Of a stretch of 64,000 nucleotides of DNA, positions 49,036 through 60,715 are shown piece by piece; the first letter of the stretch is position 1, and each line of letters begins with the position of its first letter. This stretch comes from Heteronotia binoei (lineage: Eukaryota), in contig NC_083232.1 in assembly GCF_032191835.1 (NCBI RefSeq), forward strand, positions 56,916,001 to 56,980,000, written 5' to 3'. Under the pieces are notes generated by a model. The model was not told where the DNA came from. It saw only the letters and a program-made list of their open reading frames with translations, and searched no databases. The position numbers and the translations under genes are program-made.

Positions 49036-52000
49036 GTAAGTCCCACTGATTGCACTGGGTTCCCTGCAAGCAGTAGACTCTCCTTTCTTAGAACGCGGGT
49101 CCAAAAGCGAAAGGTGCTTGTGAAACAGAAGAGAGCAGGATCTGAGAGATGCTTCGCCCTGCCTAGCAAAGCTGCAGAGAGAATTTGACCAGCGCTTCGG
49201 CCGAGGAAAGGGCAGATTTAGAGAACAAGAGCCTAAACTTGAGATTGCACCCGCTGAACTCTGTGGCATTTGCTTCTGAGTAAACCTGCATAGGGTCTCG
49301 CTGCACAAGAAAGCCTTGGGCTGTCAGTAAAAAGAAGCACCCCCGCAACCAAGGGAGAGCCAAAGAAAGCAGAGAAGCGGGGCCAAACAACACAGCACCT
49401 ACAGGAAGCCGCCCCCCCTTTTCTGCACCGATGTACTATTTGGATGCTTTATTTAAGGGAAGAAAGGTTGCTTAGCTGGATCTAATTATTACAAGGGGAA
49501 AGGCCACAAAACAACGGATTCTGGGGTTGGTGCAGTCTGGGAACCGAGCAGATTTCCTATCTTTCCGGGAGGTGGGAGGGAGTGGACTTTTCAAGAGGAA
49601 AGAAGGGATGGGATGGGGTGGGGGGAGAATCTCACTTTAAAAACACACCCTGTTGTTCCCTGAGATGTAATCCTGTATTTATATACCGGCGAGTAACAGC
49701 CCTACTGTACATACTGGAGGAGATCCTCGGGATTTAAATGTCAGGATCGATTTGTTTATTTATTGCTGAGCTTATCCCAACTACTCACTAACAAATCTAA
49801 TCATGTTGGATCTTGGAGGGAAAAAAAACCCTTCTCATTATGTATTTTCCTTATGTTCAATTTAACTATACTAAACTGTAAATATCAATATTATTCAGTA
49901 ATTACTTTGTAGTGGAGTAAACGAATGTATTAGCATGTTTATATGCCTTTTACCTCCCTCCCCCCACTTTCGTTCTTTCTTTCTCTCTCTCTCGCTCTCT
50001 TTTACAAGGGCTACCAATCACAAATCAAAGGCTTTGGACATATCCCTTTAATGAACTCTTTATTTTGGATCGCTGCAAGAACTTTTATGGGCCTTCATCG
50101 TTTGTGAGCTGAACTTGAAATTATTAATTAATCTCCTCTGCTTGTCCTATTTGCCAAGAGAGTGGATGAAAACAGGAGATAAGCGTGTCATCAAAGGACT
50201 ATTTACAGATTGCTAGGGTCTGTGTGGGACTATAAAATGGTTTTATTTCTTTTCTTTGCGGGGGGGGGAGGTTAGAGGGAAGGAGCAGAAATATGCGACA
50301 CTGATGCTTGCCAATTGGTTTTAACGAGAGCCTTTTGCTTTTATTTTCCCTCTGCCCTGATTTTATATATATATACATTAAAGAAAAGGTTCCCGTGAAC
50401 GGCTTCCTTGCCCACCCTTTCCTAGCTCCAGTCCTTGGTAGGAGAAATGGATCCATCCTCTTCCTTTCCGTTTTCTCTCCCCGCCCCCCCCCCATAACAA
50501 AGGCGCCACCATTGCACAGTCTAACCCCGCCTCTTCTGCCCCGGCAAACAACTTTCTTGCACTTGTGATGGTGGCGGGGGGTGGGGTGGGGGGGCTTTTT
50601 CAAGCTCTAATTGAACCCGGCGCGTCAAGGAGAACCGAAAACCGTTCTAGACTGGCCGGGGTGGGGGGAGGGGGTTTATGGCACTTTTGGCAGTCAACTT
50701 CAGCCTGTCTCGGAGCAGACAACGGCAGAGCTGACCGAGGCAGGACAGGAGACGCCACCTACGTGGATTCCCTCCTTGCCCTCAAGAAATCTGCAGGAGC
50801 CCTGGGCATCCTACAGTAAGGGGGAGGCAGGTTTGAGAGAAGGCTTGTAGGGCCGGGCTCTGGAGCCCTTTGGCTGGCAGTTTCCCTCCCAGCCTTGCCT
50901 GATTAATCCTTTCAGACAAAGAAGAAAATTAAGGCTGGGTTGGGAGGGAGGGAGACGAAGACCAGGGAGGAAGGGACCAGGGCGCTGGGGGTGGCTGCAG
51001 CCTCAGCCTCCTCCTGCCTCGCGTGGATTGCAGGTTATGGCTTTCCAGAGGTGCCTGGGGGTTTTAGAAACCCGCATTCTAACGAACCGGGGGGGGGGAT
51101 ACCGGGTATTTTGCATTTGCGGAGCCATTCCAGAGCATTATTAAAAGGACCTAAGGGTGCCGTTCGTCTGGGAAGCGGGAGGGGGGGCACCCAAGGCACA
51201 ATTCTTCGCTTTATCCTCTCTATTAAGTGAAAGGCAGCTAAAGTGCACCGAAGTCTCCAAAGCAGTGGATAATGACCGCGAGCCTGCTGCTAGGTTGCTA
51301 TTTTTGAACGCCATAAGCAGGCTTTTTGTATGCTTTCTCCTCCAAATGCTGCTGTAATGCAATATTTGCGACTTCCTGGCTTGAGCGGGGTGGGGGCTGG
51401 TGGGAGGAGGCGGAGAAGCGGGAGCATCTCCAGCCTGGCGCCCTCCCCGCTTACCTTGGAGAGGCTGGTGCTAAGAGCAGCAGGCGGCGAAGTTCGGGGA
51501 GACCATTCAGAACTGTGGCGGCATGGAAGGAGGGGGAGGGGGAGAACAGAGACAAGGCTTTAGTAGGAGCCATCTCTGTTTATGGAGAACCTTGCCATGA
51601 ACGTTTGGGGGAGACGTTTACACACACACAAAAGGATCAAGGATTATATAGGGGAAGAATATTGATTTTTAATAGGAAAAAATGCACAGTTCAAAACGTT
51701 TCCTTTGTTCCGAATGATCTCCGCTCCATAATATGCAACTGCCTCTTATTATTTTTTTTAACCTACAATGTGTTCTGGAAGATGTGTATACGATGCAACG
51801 TGTTTGTGCGGTGTTTGTGCAACGTGTTTGTGCGGTGCCCCCCCCCCCCCCGATTATAGCACTGCTTTGCTATTGGGTGCATGTCACACACAAATATCTA
51901 ACAGAAATGTAATCTCCCCACCCCCCACCCCTTATCCTAAATGGAAGGAAAGGAATTCCAGGGAAATTACTTTCAATTTGGGTTTAAGGGATTTGTGATG

Positions 52001-55000
52001 ATAATCTGTGCAATATGTTCTGTGTGTATGTGTGTGTGCTGAGGTTGTTTTATGGTGAGATATGTCTGATATCTTGTATTGGTATCTTGTATTGCTGCAT
52101 TTTTTTCTGCAACATACTGTGTTTAGATTGCCTGTGTATGTCAAATGCAATTTATTGAAAGCTTCCAAATTAGAAATGAGTTATTTTATAAATCCATGGC
52201 TTTTCTTTGGGAATGAAAGCAATCTTGTGCTATTGAAACACAGCTTGTCAAATGCAGATTTTAATACAAACGTCCTCAAGCTATTCCTTCCTCCACTATT
52301 TTTGCTGTGCTGTTTTATTATTGTTCTAAAATACATTTTTAAAGGCGGGGGGGGGGAGCCTGTTTATATAAACCTACGAATAAAACTCTGTGGGGCTCCT
52401 GCCAAGTGAAACACTTTTGAATCCCACTAATTCCAGTAGGTCGGGTTTCCGCTTGTGATCCCATCTCAGTCTATGGTGTTCGAAGGCCATTAACTCACAT
52501 TTCCAGAGTTCTTATCTATTCGAAATATACTTAAAATAGTGTCTACTTCCCTATTTCCCTAGTAAGTAATTACGACTGATATTGGTTGCCCGTTACATTT
52601 AGATTCGAAAAGTGAGCCTGTTTAACCCCGAAGTGCAAACAAATAATAGATAATGTTGTCTTTTTGCTGCTTTCTGCAGTAATTTATCCTGAAAGCAAAT
52701 CTTCTTATTTATCTGGAAGCAAGCAGCTAATAAAGGTTAAATATTCAATTAAATATTTAGTCTAATGCCAATCGTAACAAGAGGAGAAGAACGCACCTTG
52801 AAAATCAGTGACCATGATTCTGGCAAGGTTACGCTCTCTTAGGTACCCCTGGTTTCAACTAGAACAAATTTAGGCACACAATCATGGAAACGAATGGGAC
52901 TTAAACGTGCTTAAATTTATGTGGACGTTTTATTCCAATTATGTTTTTAGAATGTTAAGAGACTTTCGTTTTAATTCCATACCCTTATTTATCAAGAAAC
53001 AAGAGTAATTAAAAACGCTGTAATTTTTCATTCACATAAGGAAGGCACGTTATTTTATGAAATCCTTGTCCTCTTTTGTCTACCTTGTCCCTTTTCCTAA
53101 AGCTTGCGGATTAGAGATTTATAATTAATCCTCTCACATCCTGCAATATTATTAGTTACTCTTCTCAGTTTTAGAAGTCCCATAGCTTTGAACGTTTACA
53201 TCCAAGTAACCTCTTTTTTCTTTTTCATTCTTTCTCTCCCCCCTTTGAGAAACTGTTGTTATTTGATGAACAAAGCAGGGGTCAGGTTGCACTTTTAAGA
53301 CCAACCAATATGTTTTATTCAGAACATAAGCTTTCGTGTGCTAAAAGCACACTTTTTCAGACGAGGGGATCATTGCTGACATTCTTTGTACTTGTGGCAC
53401 TTTAGTACACCTGAATATTTCCATCTGTGTAACAAAATAAAAATAAATATTTTTAAAAGCCAAGATACCTTTGTCAGGTCATGACCACTGGAGTGTTTTT
53501 CTGTATACTGCTCTCCAAGCTCAGCTATACACATTTGTCACCATCACAACTATTCCCAACAGCTTTAGAGTTTTGGCAGAAAACCTTCACACTGGCAAAC
53601 CCTTTAATAATGTCTGATCATTTGCACTTGGGAGCCATTTGCAAAGAAATAGGAAGCAAAGAAGCAAGTCCTGTGAATCTGGACATTTTTCTACATCTGA
53701 TTAACCGGGATTTGCTATTGCACATACTTCCTCCATTATCTGTTCCATTCCCTCTTCACCGTTGCCCTCCTATGAAAATATGGGAAATATGCACACTTTT
53801 TTTTAATCTATCCAAATACAGATGCAAGAGGAAGACACTACGGTGTCTAGGCCAGCTGGTTTAGCAGGAAAGAAGAGGAGTCAAGATCTCCATTCAAATG
53901 AACCACGCTCATATTCGCTGGATTTCTCCCACGTTCATTGTCACGGCCCACCACCAGCACCAGTGGATTCTCATCATTAGAGCAAGACCATTCTCCTGGC
54001 CTTTTACGCCGCTGAAAGGAGATTTTTGTTCCTTTCAAGAACGCTCCCGCCTCTCTCTCCAGAACTGCTTTAGCGGCTTGCTGCTTCAAAAAGCCATACA
54101 CTAGACCGGAAAATGTAAAAGAAACCATCAGGATTCTTCTCAGCAGGATGTACTGGGGACATCCCAATGAGAAGCCCAGATACGATTTCTGGAGGTGGCG
54201 GTGTTGTTAAGTGCTCTGCCTTGTCTGCTTGCTCCCTTGCTTGATCTCCCTTTGTCTACAAACAGCAAAACCAACCACACACCAACATTCCTGGTATGAC
54301 ATATTTAGAAGTGCGTTGTCTCAGGTGATGCCTTGAACTTGACCTTAAGTTTCTTAATCGACGAAGGGGAAGCAAAACCTTCCACTAAAATGATTGTGCC
54401 GCACCCCACTTTCCCTTATTCATGCACTTCTGGCTGTCGGTTTGTCCGCTGGCTGCAAAAGCCTGTATTAGAGTGCTAGCACCGAAACAAGATTGGCCAT
54501 TATGGAAACACTTAGACATCTATACAATTGTACCACCTGTTCTGAAGGCATGCCCCCCTTCATTTAAGTCACCGAGCAAAGGCACAAACACCAATACATT
54601 AAAACTCACGTTAGAAGACCTTAAAGACCCGCGCGCCCAATGTCACTCAATTACTCCAGACAAAATAGAAAAACCAAAACAGCGACGAAGAATTGAGGCC
54701 GTAATTCTGGGCACATTTGAGAGGGAGTAACCCCCAGTGATCATAACGGGAGTTCTTTTCGAGTAGAGGCGCTTAGAATTGCCCTCTTATTGCTTTCCTA
54801 TGCGCATTTACTTGAAGGTAATCAGTGGCCTCTTACTCTTGAGTAAAAACGCTTAGGATCGGCCTGCCAATGGTTTCCGGTTAGAAGTAAATATCTTGCG
54901 GGCCTGGCGGCTCAGGGAAGGGAATGACAATGAGGGAAGGGAATGAATACCTTCTGCAGAATATGGCTGACATTACTCCAGCCCTGTGGGCCGGCCGGCC

Positions 55001-55999
55001 TGATCTGCGCCCGAAATGGAATTCTGCATGTTGGATGGACATCCTCGGCGTCGTTTGCATCAATAAGACCAGATGAATAATTATCAGGCTAAAAGGGAAT
55101 ACTTGCCCTCAGGCTGCCTCCGTTTAGGTATTCTCCAGATTTTTTTGGGGGGGGGGGCGGCGAAATTATTAATCGTATTCACATCTAGCCAAATTGTTAG
55201 GCTACACCTTCAAACAATATTTGAAGCGCAAAACTGCACAAACCCAAAAGCATTCTGAAGGCAGAACCCTGGTTAAAAAACAAAACAAAACATGGCGTGT
55301 ATACCACCACGTGGAGCCTTTAGACAATTCTGGATATTCTAAATTAACAAAAGGAAGTCGATTTAGCTAAATTTGTGAGGGGGAGGGGTCTCCTAGTTTC
55401 TCCTGCGAACGCTGAGTTGTCGGCAACCGTACTAGAGAATTCGTTCGTATATTATGAAGGCTTCACTCATCTTTTGAGGTCGGAATTGCCACGCTGCTTT
55501 GAAAAGAGGTAAAGGAACCAGGCTTGGGGGGAAGAACACAATGAACGCCGACGCAACCCCACTTCTTCTATTTGACAGTAATTTGAAATGGGCGGGGAGA
55601 GGAGAAGAATTCAGTTACCCCACAGAAATCTAGAGTGTATCTCGAATTATAGCAATGATATAGCAACACCTTCCACCCGTTATATAGATATCCCTCCCCC
55701 TTTAAGCACTTAAAAAACCCACTGTAACCAAATCCCAAGAAAAATTAAAGCTTCCAAACTTTTAGCCTTTTGCTTTGGCTGATACCAACACTATTTCGTG
55801 CTGATGCCAACAACATTTGCCTTTGGGGAGAGGACAGTTGGGCTTCTGGAAAACAAGTTTTGAGGCTTTTGATAAAATGTCTGATGGCCACGATCCAGAT
55901 TAAAAAAGAATCCCGATTCCTCATGTAATAATCATATGTATATATGAACTCAGTATGCCTGGGGTAAGGAAAGGGAAGTGTTTGTGCGTGTGTGTGCGG

Positions 56000-57200
56000 G
56001 CGAGAGGGGGTCTCAGAAGCTGATAGAAAGGAAGTTCAAAGCCGTGGGACTATCTTTGCCCTTTCAACCAGAGGCGTCGAAGTTATGGAATAGGCTTACC
56101 CCAGTCTCCGAGGTCCGGTCTGCTGGCGCAGAAAAAGGGAAGGGAAGGCTGGCGAGCAACTCTCCCGGCTGGCCTCCGAAGCTCCAGATCACTTCCAAGG
56201 GGAGGGGGCGGGGAGGGGAGAGACCCCTCGATCGATAAAGCCCTGTCCAAGTCGGTTAATCGCGAACCACCGGCGGTTAGACTCCCCTGAGGAGGACGAG
56301 AGGCAAAGCCGAGCCCTCCCCCCCTCTCCTCGCAAAGGTCTCCAGCCGAACGTGCCCCAACATCTCCCGCTAATAATCGCTTCTTCCTCCCAAATCCTGC
56401 AGATTAAAGTCCCGATGGCGATTTATCAGGCAGAACAAGGTGAGGGAAACCGGACTCAAGTGCCGCGTAATCCCGCGCTATTCCTCTCTCTCCCCCCCAT
56501 CTGACTTATAGGGAAAGTCCAAATGTTTTTGATTACGGAACACCCTGACGCTCCCTCCCCAATTCACCATGGGTCACAGTACAGTAATGACCGTGGATTG
56601 TGCGTTGTAGGACTTGACCTTTACGACGTAGAAGAGGGCGCTTTCTTTCGCGCTGCATGAGATGAGGCGGGAGCGAGGGAGGGAGGGAGGGAGGGGGAGA
56701 GACAGACAGACAGAGCGCCAGGGAGGCGGGCGGAGGACAAGATGCTCTCTTTGGGGATCTTGAATCGGAAATCGGAGACAGGAGCGGCAAAGGCCCCTGG
56801 GTTTTCCTGCACGCCATATTTGGTCTATTCCACCAACGCATGAAAGGAACGTCCCCCCCCCCTCCGGCCCCCCCCCCCCCAGTGCCTGGAGATCTTTATT
56901 CAGAGCAATCCTAACGAAAGAAAGGAGCCTTCTGTAAAAAAACAAACAAACTGGTCGGCCATTGATTATAGACTCTCCGTCCATTTTCGTGCTGGTTGCT
57001 TCGCGACTCCCCTCCCCGCCTCCCTCCCTCTCGCAAGAGAAGGAAACGAAGAGGATCGGGGCGGGGAGAGTGAGGCGGGGGGGAGACGACAAAGTGAAAC
57101 TGGGATCAGGGGCACACAGAGGATGCCTTTCAGACCGTGGGGTGGGCCTTGGTTTCTTCGGAATGAGAGGGGAGATGCGTTGCTGTGGTAGCGCCTTTCT
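56000..57200. promoter_or_regulatory. Orphan CpG-island/promoter-like region on the HOXA13 side of HOXA11
   Basis: Dense CpG and GC/GA-rich tracts with no Hox coding exon. Confidence 0.45.
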
Positions 57201-60200
57201 CCTCTCTACGTAGGTATTTTCTTTACCACTTTCCAAGAACGGTCATGTTTCAGATTGACACTGATCCACCATCATTGGGCCTCGTGAATGCATGCCTTCT
57301 GCGCATGAAACATGCTCTACTACCCTCAGCAGCGAGATTGCCCATTTGAGTGTTGAAAAGGTACCTGACTCCAGTCAGGGCCATTTCCAAACAACAACAC
57401 CCTACAGGCACCGCTCTGAAGTTGAAATCATTGCCGGTTGCTTCCCCCACCCCAAGCAAACCAAGTAATTTCCTGGAAAGCGTGATCTACTTTGTATTCC
57501 AACCATTATGACAGCAGGCACAAAGGCTCTGGGTATTTTTCAACGGCAGTGTGGGGCGTGGGGAGAGGCAGTGGGTGAGATACTGATTCGCAGCTACCCT
57601 TGAATTCCTTTTCGGACATAAACTGCTGTCAAATGTTATTTCCTGTTGCAAAACACCTCTGTTGTTGCCTGGTGGGGTTTTTTTTAAAATGTACCTGTCC
57701 CTTGCGATCATCATTTCGGTCCTTTCTGCTTTTTAAGAATTCTAAAAGGAAATTTACAAGAAGGATAAGCTTGCTGCTGAAGGCGACGAGATGAGCTGCA
57801 AGAATTGCCGTTATTCCTTGAGCTGGCAGGGCATTCGTCCTGCCCTGGGAAACCCACAGACACTGCCACGGAATGCTACAGCGCGCCAGGTTTGTTTCCC
57901 CGGGATTAATATTTTTCCATCCCAAGGGGAAAATTTTTTTGAATGGGGGTGTGTGGACTGGAGGGATTATGGCATGCTTTTGTTCTTAAAAAACAACCAC
58001 CACCACCACCCAAGATTGTGGGTATATGTCTCCATGCAACCTGCGATACAAAACAGAATTATTATTAAAATCTATTCGATTTATTACGTTCTTGCTATTT
58101 CTCTCCCTCTGTGTGTGTGTGTTTTTAAAAATGCGTTGGGGAGAGAATAAAATCCGAGTGTTTCTAATAGAGCTATTAAAGAACACCGAGGTAAGATCCA
58201 GCTTCCACCCTGCTGGGTCATTCCTAGTCAGGCAGGGCCTCTGAGGCAGAACCCCTGCCTCGCTGGGGCGGATTTCGGGTTTTTTTTGATCGATGTTCTT
58301 ATAATGTCGATATTAGGCATATATTTTAAGAAGGCAGGCGGCAGATGGGGGAGAGGGGAAAGCAGCGATACAAGAGAAGCAATTTGTACTGGGAAATATA
58401 TGTGCCAACAGTTTAAGGGTAAATGAAGGCCATAAATAATAGGCACACCCCCTGCACGAGACACCTACAAGCTCTTCTAGGCATTTCTATTATCGAAGCA
58501 GAAGACGGTGAACTCACGGAAGGCGAGACTGAGGAGAAAATGTAACCCGTTGGTCAAGCACAATTTCCTATCCTGATCCTTAATTTGGAATTAAGAGATG
58601 CAATCTCTCCGAGAAGAAATTCAGCCTGTCTGGCTTTCCAGAAGACATGTTTAAGCTAACGCTTAGGATATATTCTACTATAAATTGTATGAGGCAGAGG
58701 AATGCGAGATCAGGATTGGGGCGGAGAAGGGCATAGTGGACCCGATCCACAGCCTAAATCTGCCATTTTAAAATAAATCAACATTGGAGCAATCCTTATT
58801 TTTTCAATAGTTTGGGATTTCTCCCAAGTAAATGCGTGTAAGAAAACGATGCTGTACCTTTGAGTTTAATCGACTCGACTCTTTAAACGAGTTGTGGATT
58901 TACGTTAAAGGAACTATTGCATACATTTCGTGGTCCCCCACCCATTCAAGAAATCTTAACCATACATAGAAGCCTGTTTCCTCCTTAAGCAAATAAGCTC
59001 ATGAAATGTTAAGTTAACGCGCCAATAAAATCCATCCCTGTAATCGGAAGCCATGTGAGCTATTTTAATCAAGCGAGAAAACTCCTGGAAGCTCCCTGCA
59101 AGATCCCTGCAATCCTAAATAGATTCCCGTGAAAAGTAAATCCGATTGAAACTACTTTCTCCGTAGTTAACGATTTTAGTATTGGGATGAACGCGCATTA
59201 ATGTTCTGTCCATGCCTTTTTTGTAGGTTCAGAACCCAAAAAGGAAGAAGGTTGAGTTTGTTTGTTTTTTAACTTGTTGGAGAGGTCACTTTCAAAATCC
59301 AGGGAACCTTCTGATTCAGTTGAAGTCGCTGACGAGAGTTCCATTAACAACACTGGAATTAAGCAGACCCGACGTACAGTGCGTGAAGAAATTATCTTAA
59401 GATCATCCTTAAGTCTATGAAATCAAAAACTTCTGGCTCTGGCTCATAAGTATATTCCTAGAGGGTCAACAGAAATAGTCGTCTGAGAAAATATTTTGAA
59501 GAACAAACCAACTGACTGAATGGGCTTCACACACAACAGAATTCATCCTGCTATGTAAACCAAGGAGGCATTTTATAACACCCTCCTTACAGAACCAGTA
59601 ATAGTAAATTATTTGGGGTTGTTTTAAAAGCTTCTTTTCCTTCAGGGAAAGAGAAGTATGTTAAATACAACCCTCACTGCAACCAAAATGAAATTTTCAG
59701 TTCTGTAAACGAAGAGCCAAAGTACCTCTCATCCACCATGACTGCTACCCCCTCCCCCATTGGTTGCTGTCGCCTGCCTGATGCTGCTACTAGCCTCACT
59801 GTTGTTTCATAGCCACATAATTAGAATTAAGGCTGAAGGAATCCTCTCTTAGAACATATACATTATATACATACATACATATATACATCAGTGGAAATTA
59901 AAATGTAATTATGAATTTTCTTTTAAAATGAGTCTTCCTCTGTCCATAGACTTCTTAATCCATAAAACTTGAGTTCAAAAGTTCCTTTTTAAATTTTATG
60001 TGTTCTATCCACTTGTGCGTGTTTTAAATTAAAGAGGGGGAAAGCGATAATACATGTTTCGTCCATCAGCACTGGCAAATATTTGCAGTAAATTGTACCT
60101 ATCTGCAGTATGGAGGGGAGGGAATATATTTTTCTTCATCTCTGCGTTTACACATATCTAATATCTACATCTCACCTATCCCTTAAATACAATACGTTCT

Positions 60201-60529
60201 CAAAAAGGAAGCTTTACAGATTTCCACTGGAAGGAGCTGCACATCAGGGGGTTAAACTGCCACAATATTGGCATTCTGAATCCCAGACCAGTTATCCAAA
60301 ATGAGCTTAAGTAGAAATGCCAACAGAACCAGATCTCTGGCGGCAGACCACATTTTCTTCCTGCTATATGAGCATATATTTCTGCATCTCAAATAAACTT
60401 TGTTTACATAAGTATATATTTCCATATATAGCATAGGCAAGCTATGCATTATGTGAAACATACATATATTGGTTCACTAGTTACAGAATTTACATGACTC
60501 TCTGGTAACCCACTACTTGCTGTATCAAC

Positions 60530-60715
60530 CATTTGATTATCTGGCCTTTCCTGGAGGGAGTTCAGGGGAGCATAAATACTTCCACCCCTCCACCATATTA
60601 TCCTGGCAAAAATTCTGTGCAGTAGGTTAGACTGTGAGTCACCAAGAGGGCTTAATAGTTGTGAGGTTTGGAACTCAGATCTCCCCAGTCAAGGCTCAAC
60701 AGTACTCAACAAACT
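60530..60715. mobile_element. Degenerate CORE-SINE/L2-tail-like retroposon fragment
   Basis: gagttcagggg...ttatcctggcaaaaattctgtgcagtaggttagactg...tttggaactcagatctccccagtc resembles the common reptile repeat ttatcctcacaacaaccctgtgaggtaggttaggctg...gatttgaacctgggtctccc. Family assignment needs RepeatMasker/Dfam. Confidence 0.55.

Noticed and set aside
50752-50765. CTCF-like CACGTAGGTGGCGT upstream of HOXA11
   Set aside because: 11/14 match with a disrupted 5' half, not distinguishable from background without a PWM or ChIP data.
56533-57236. ORFs in the orphan CpG island as a HoxA12 pseudogene
   Set aside because: Translations are low-complexity with no group-12 or homeodomain similarity.
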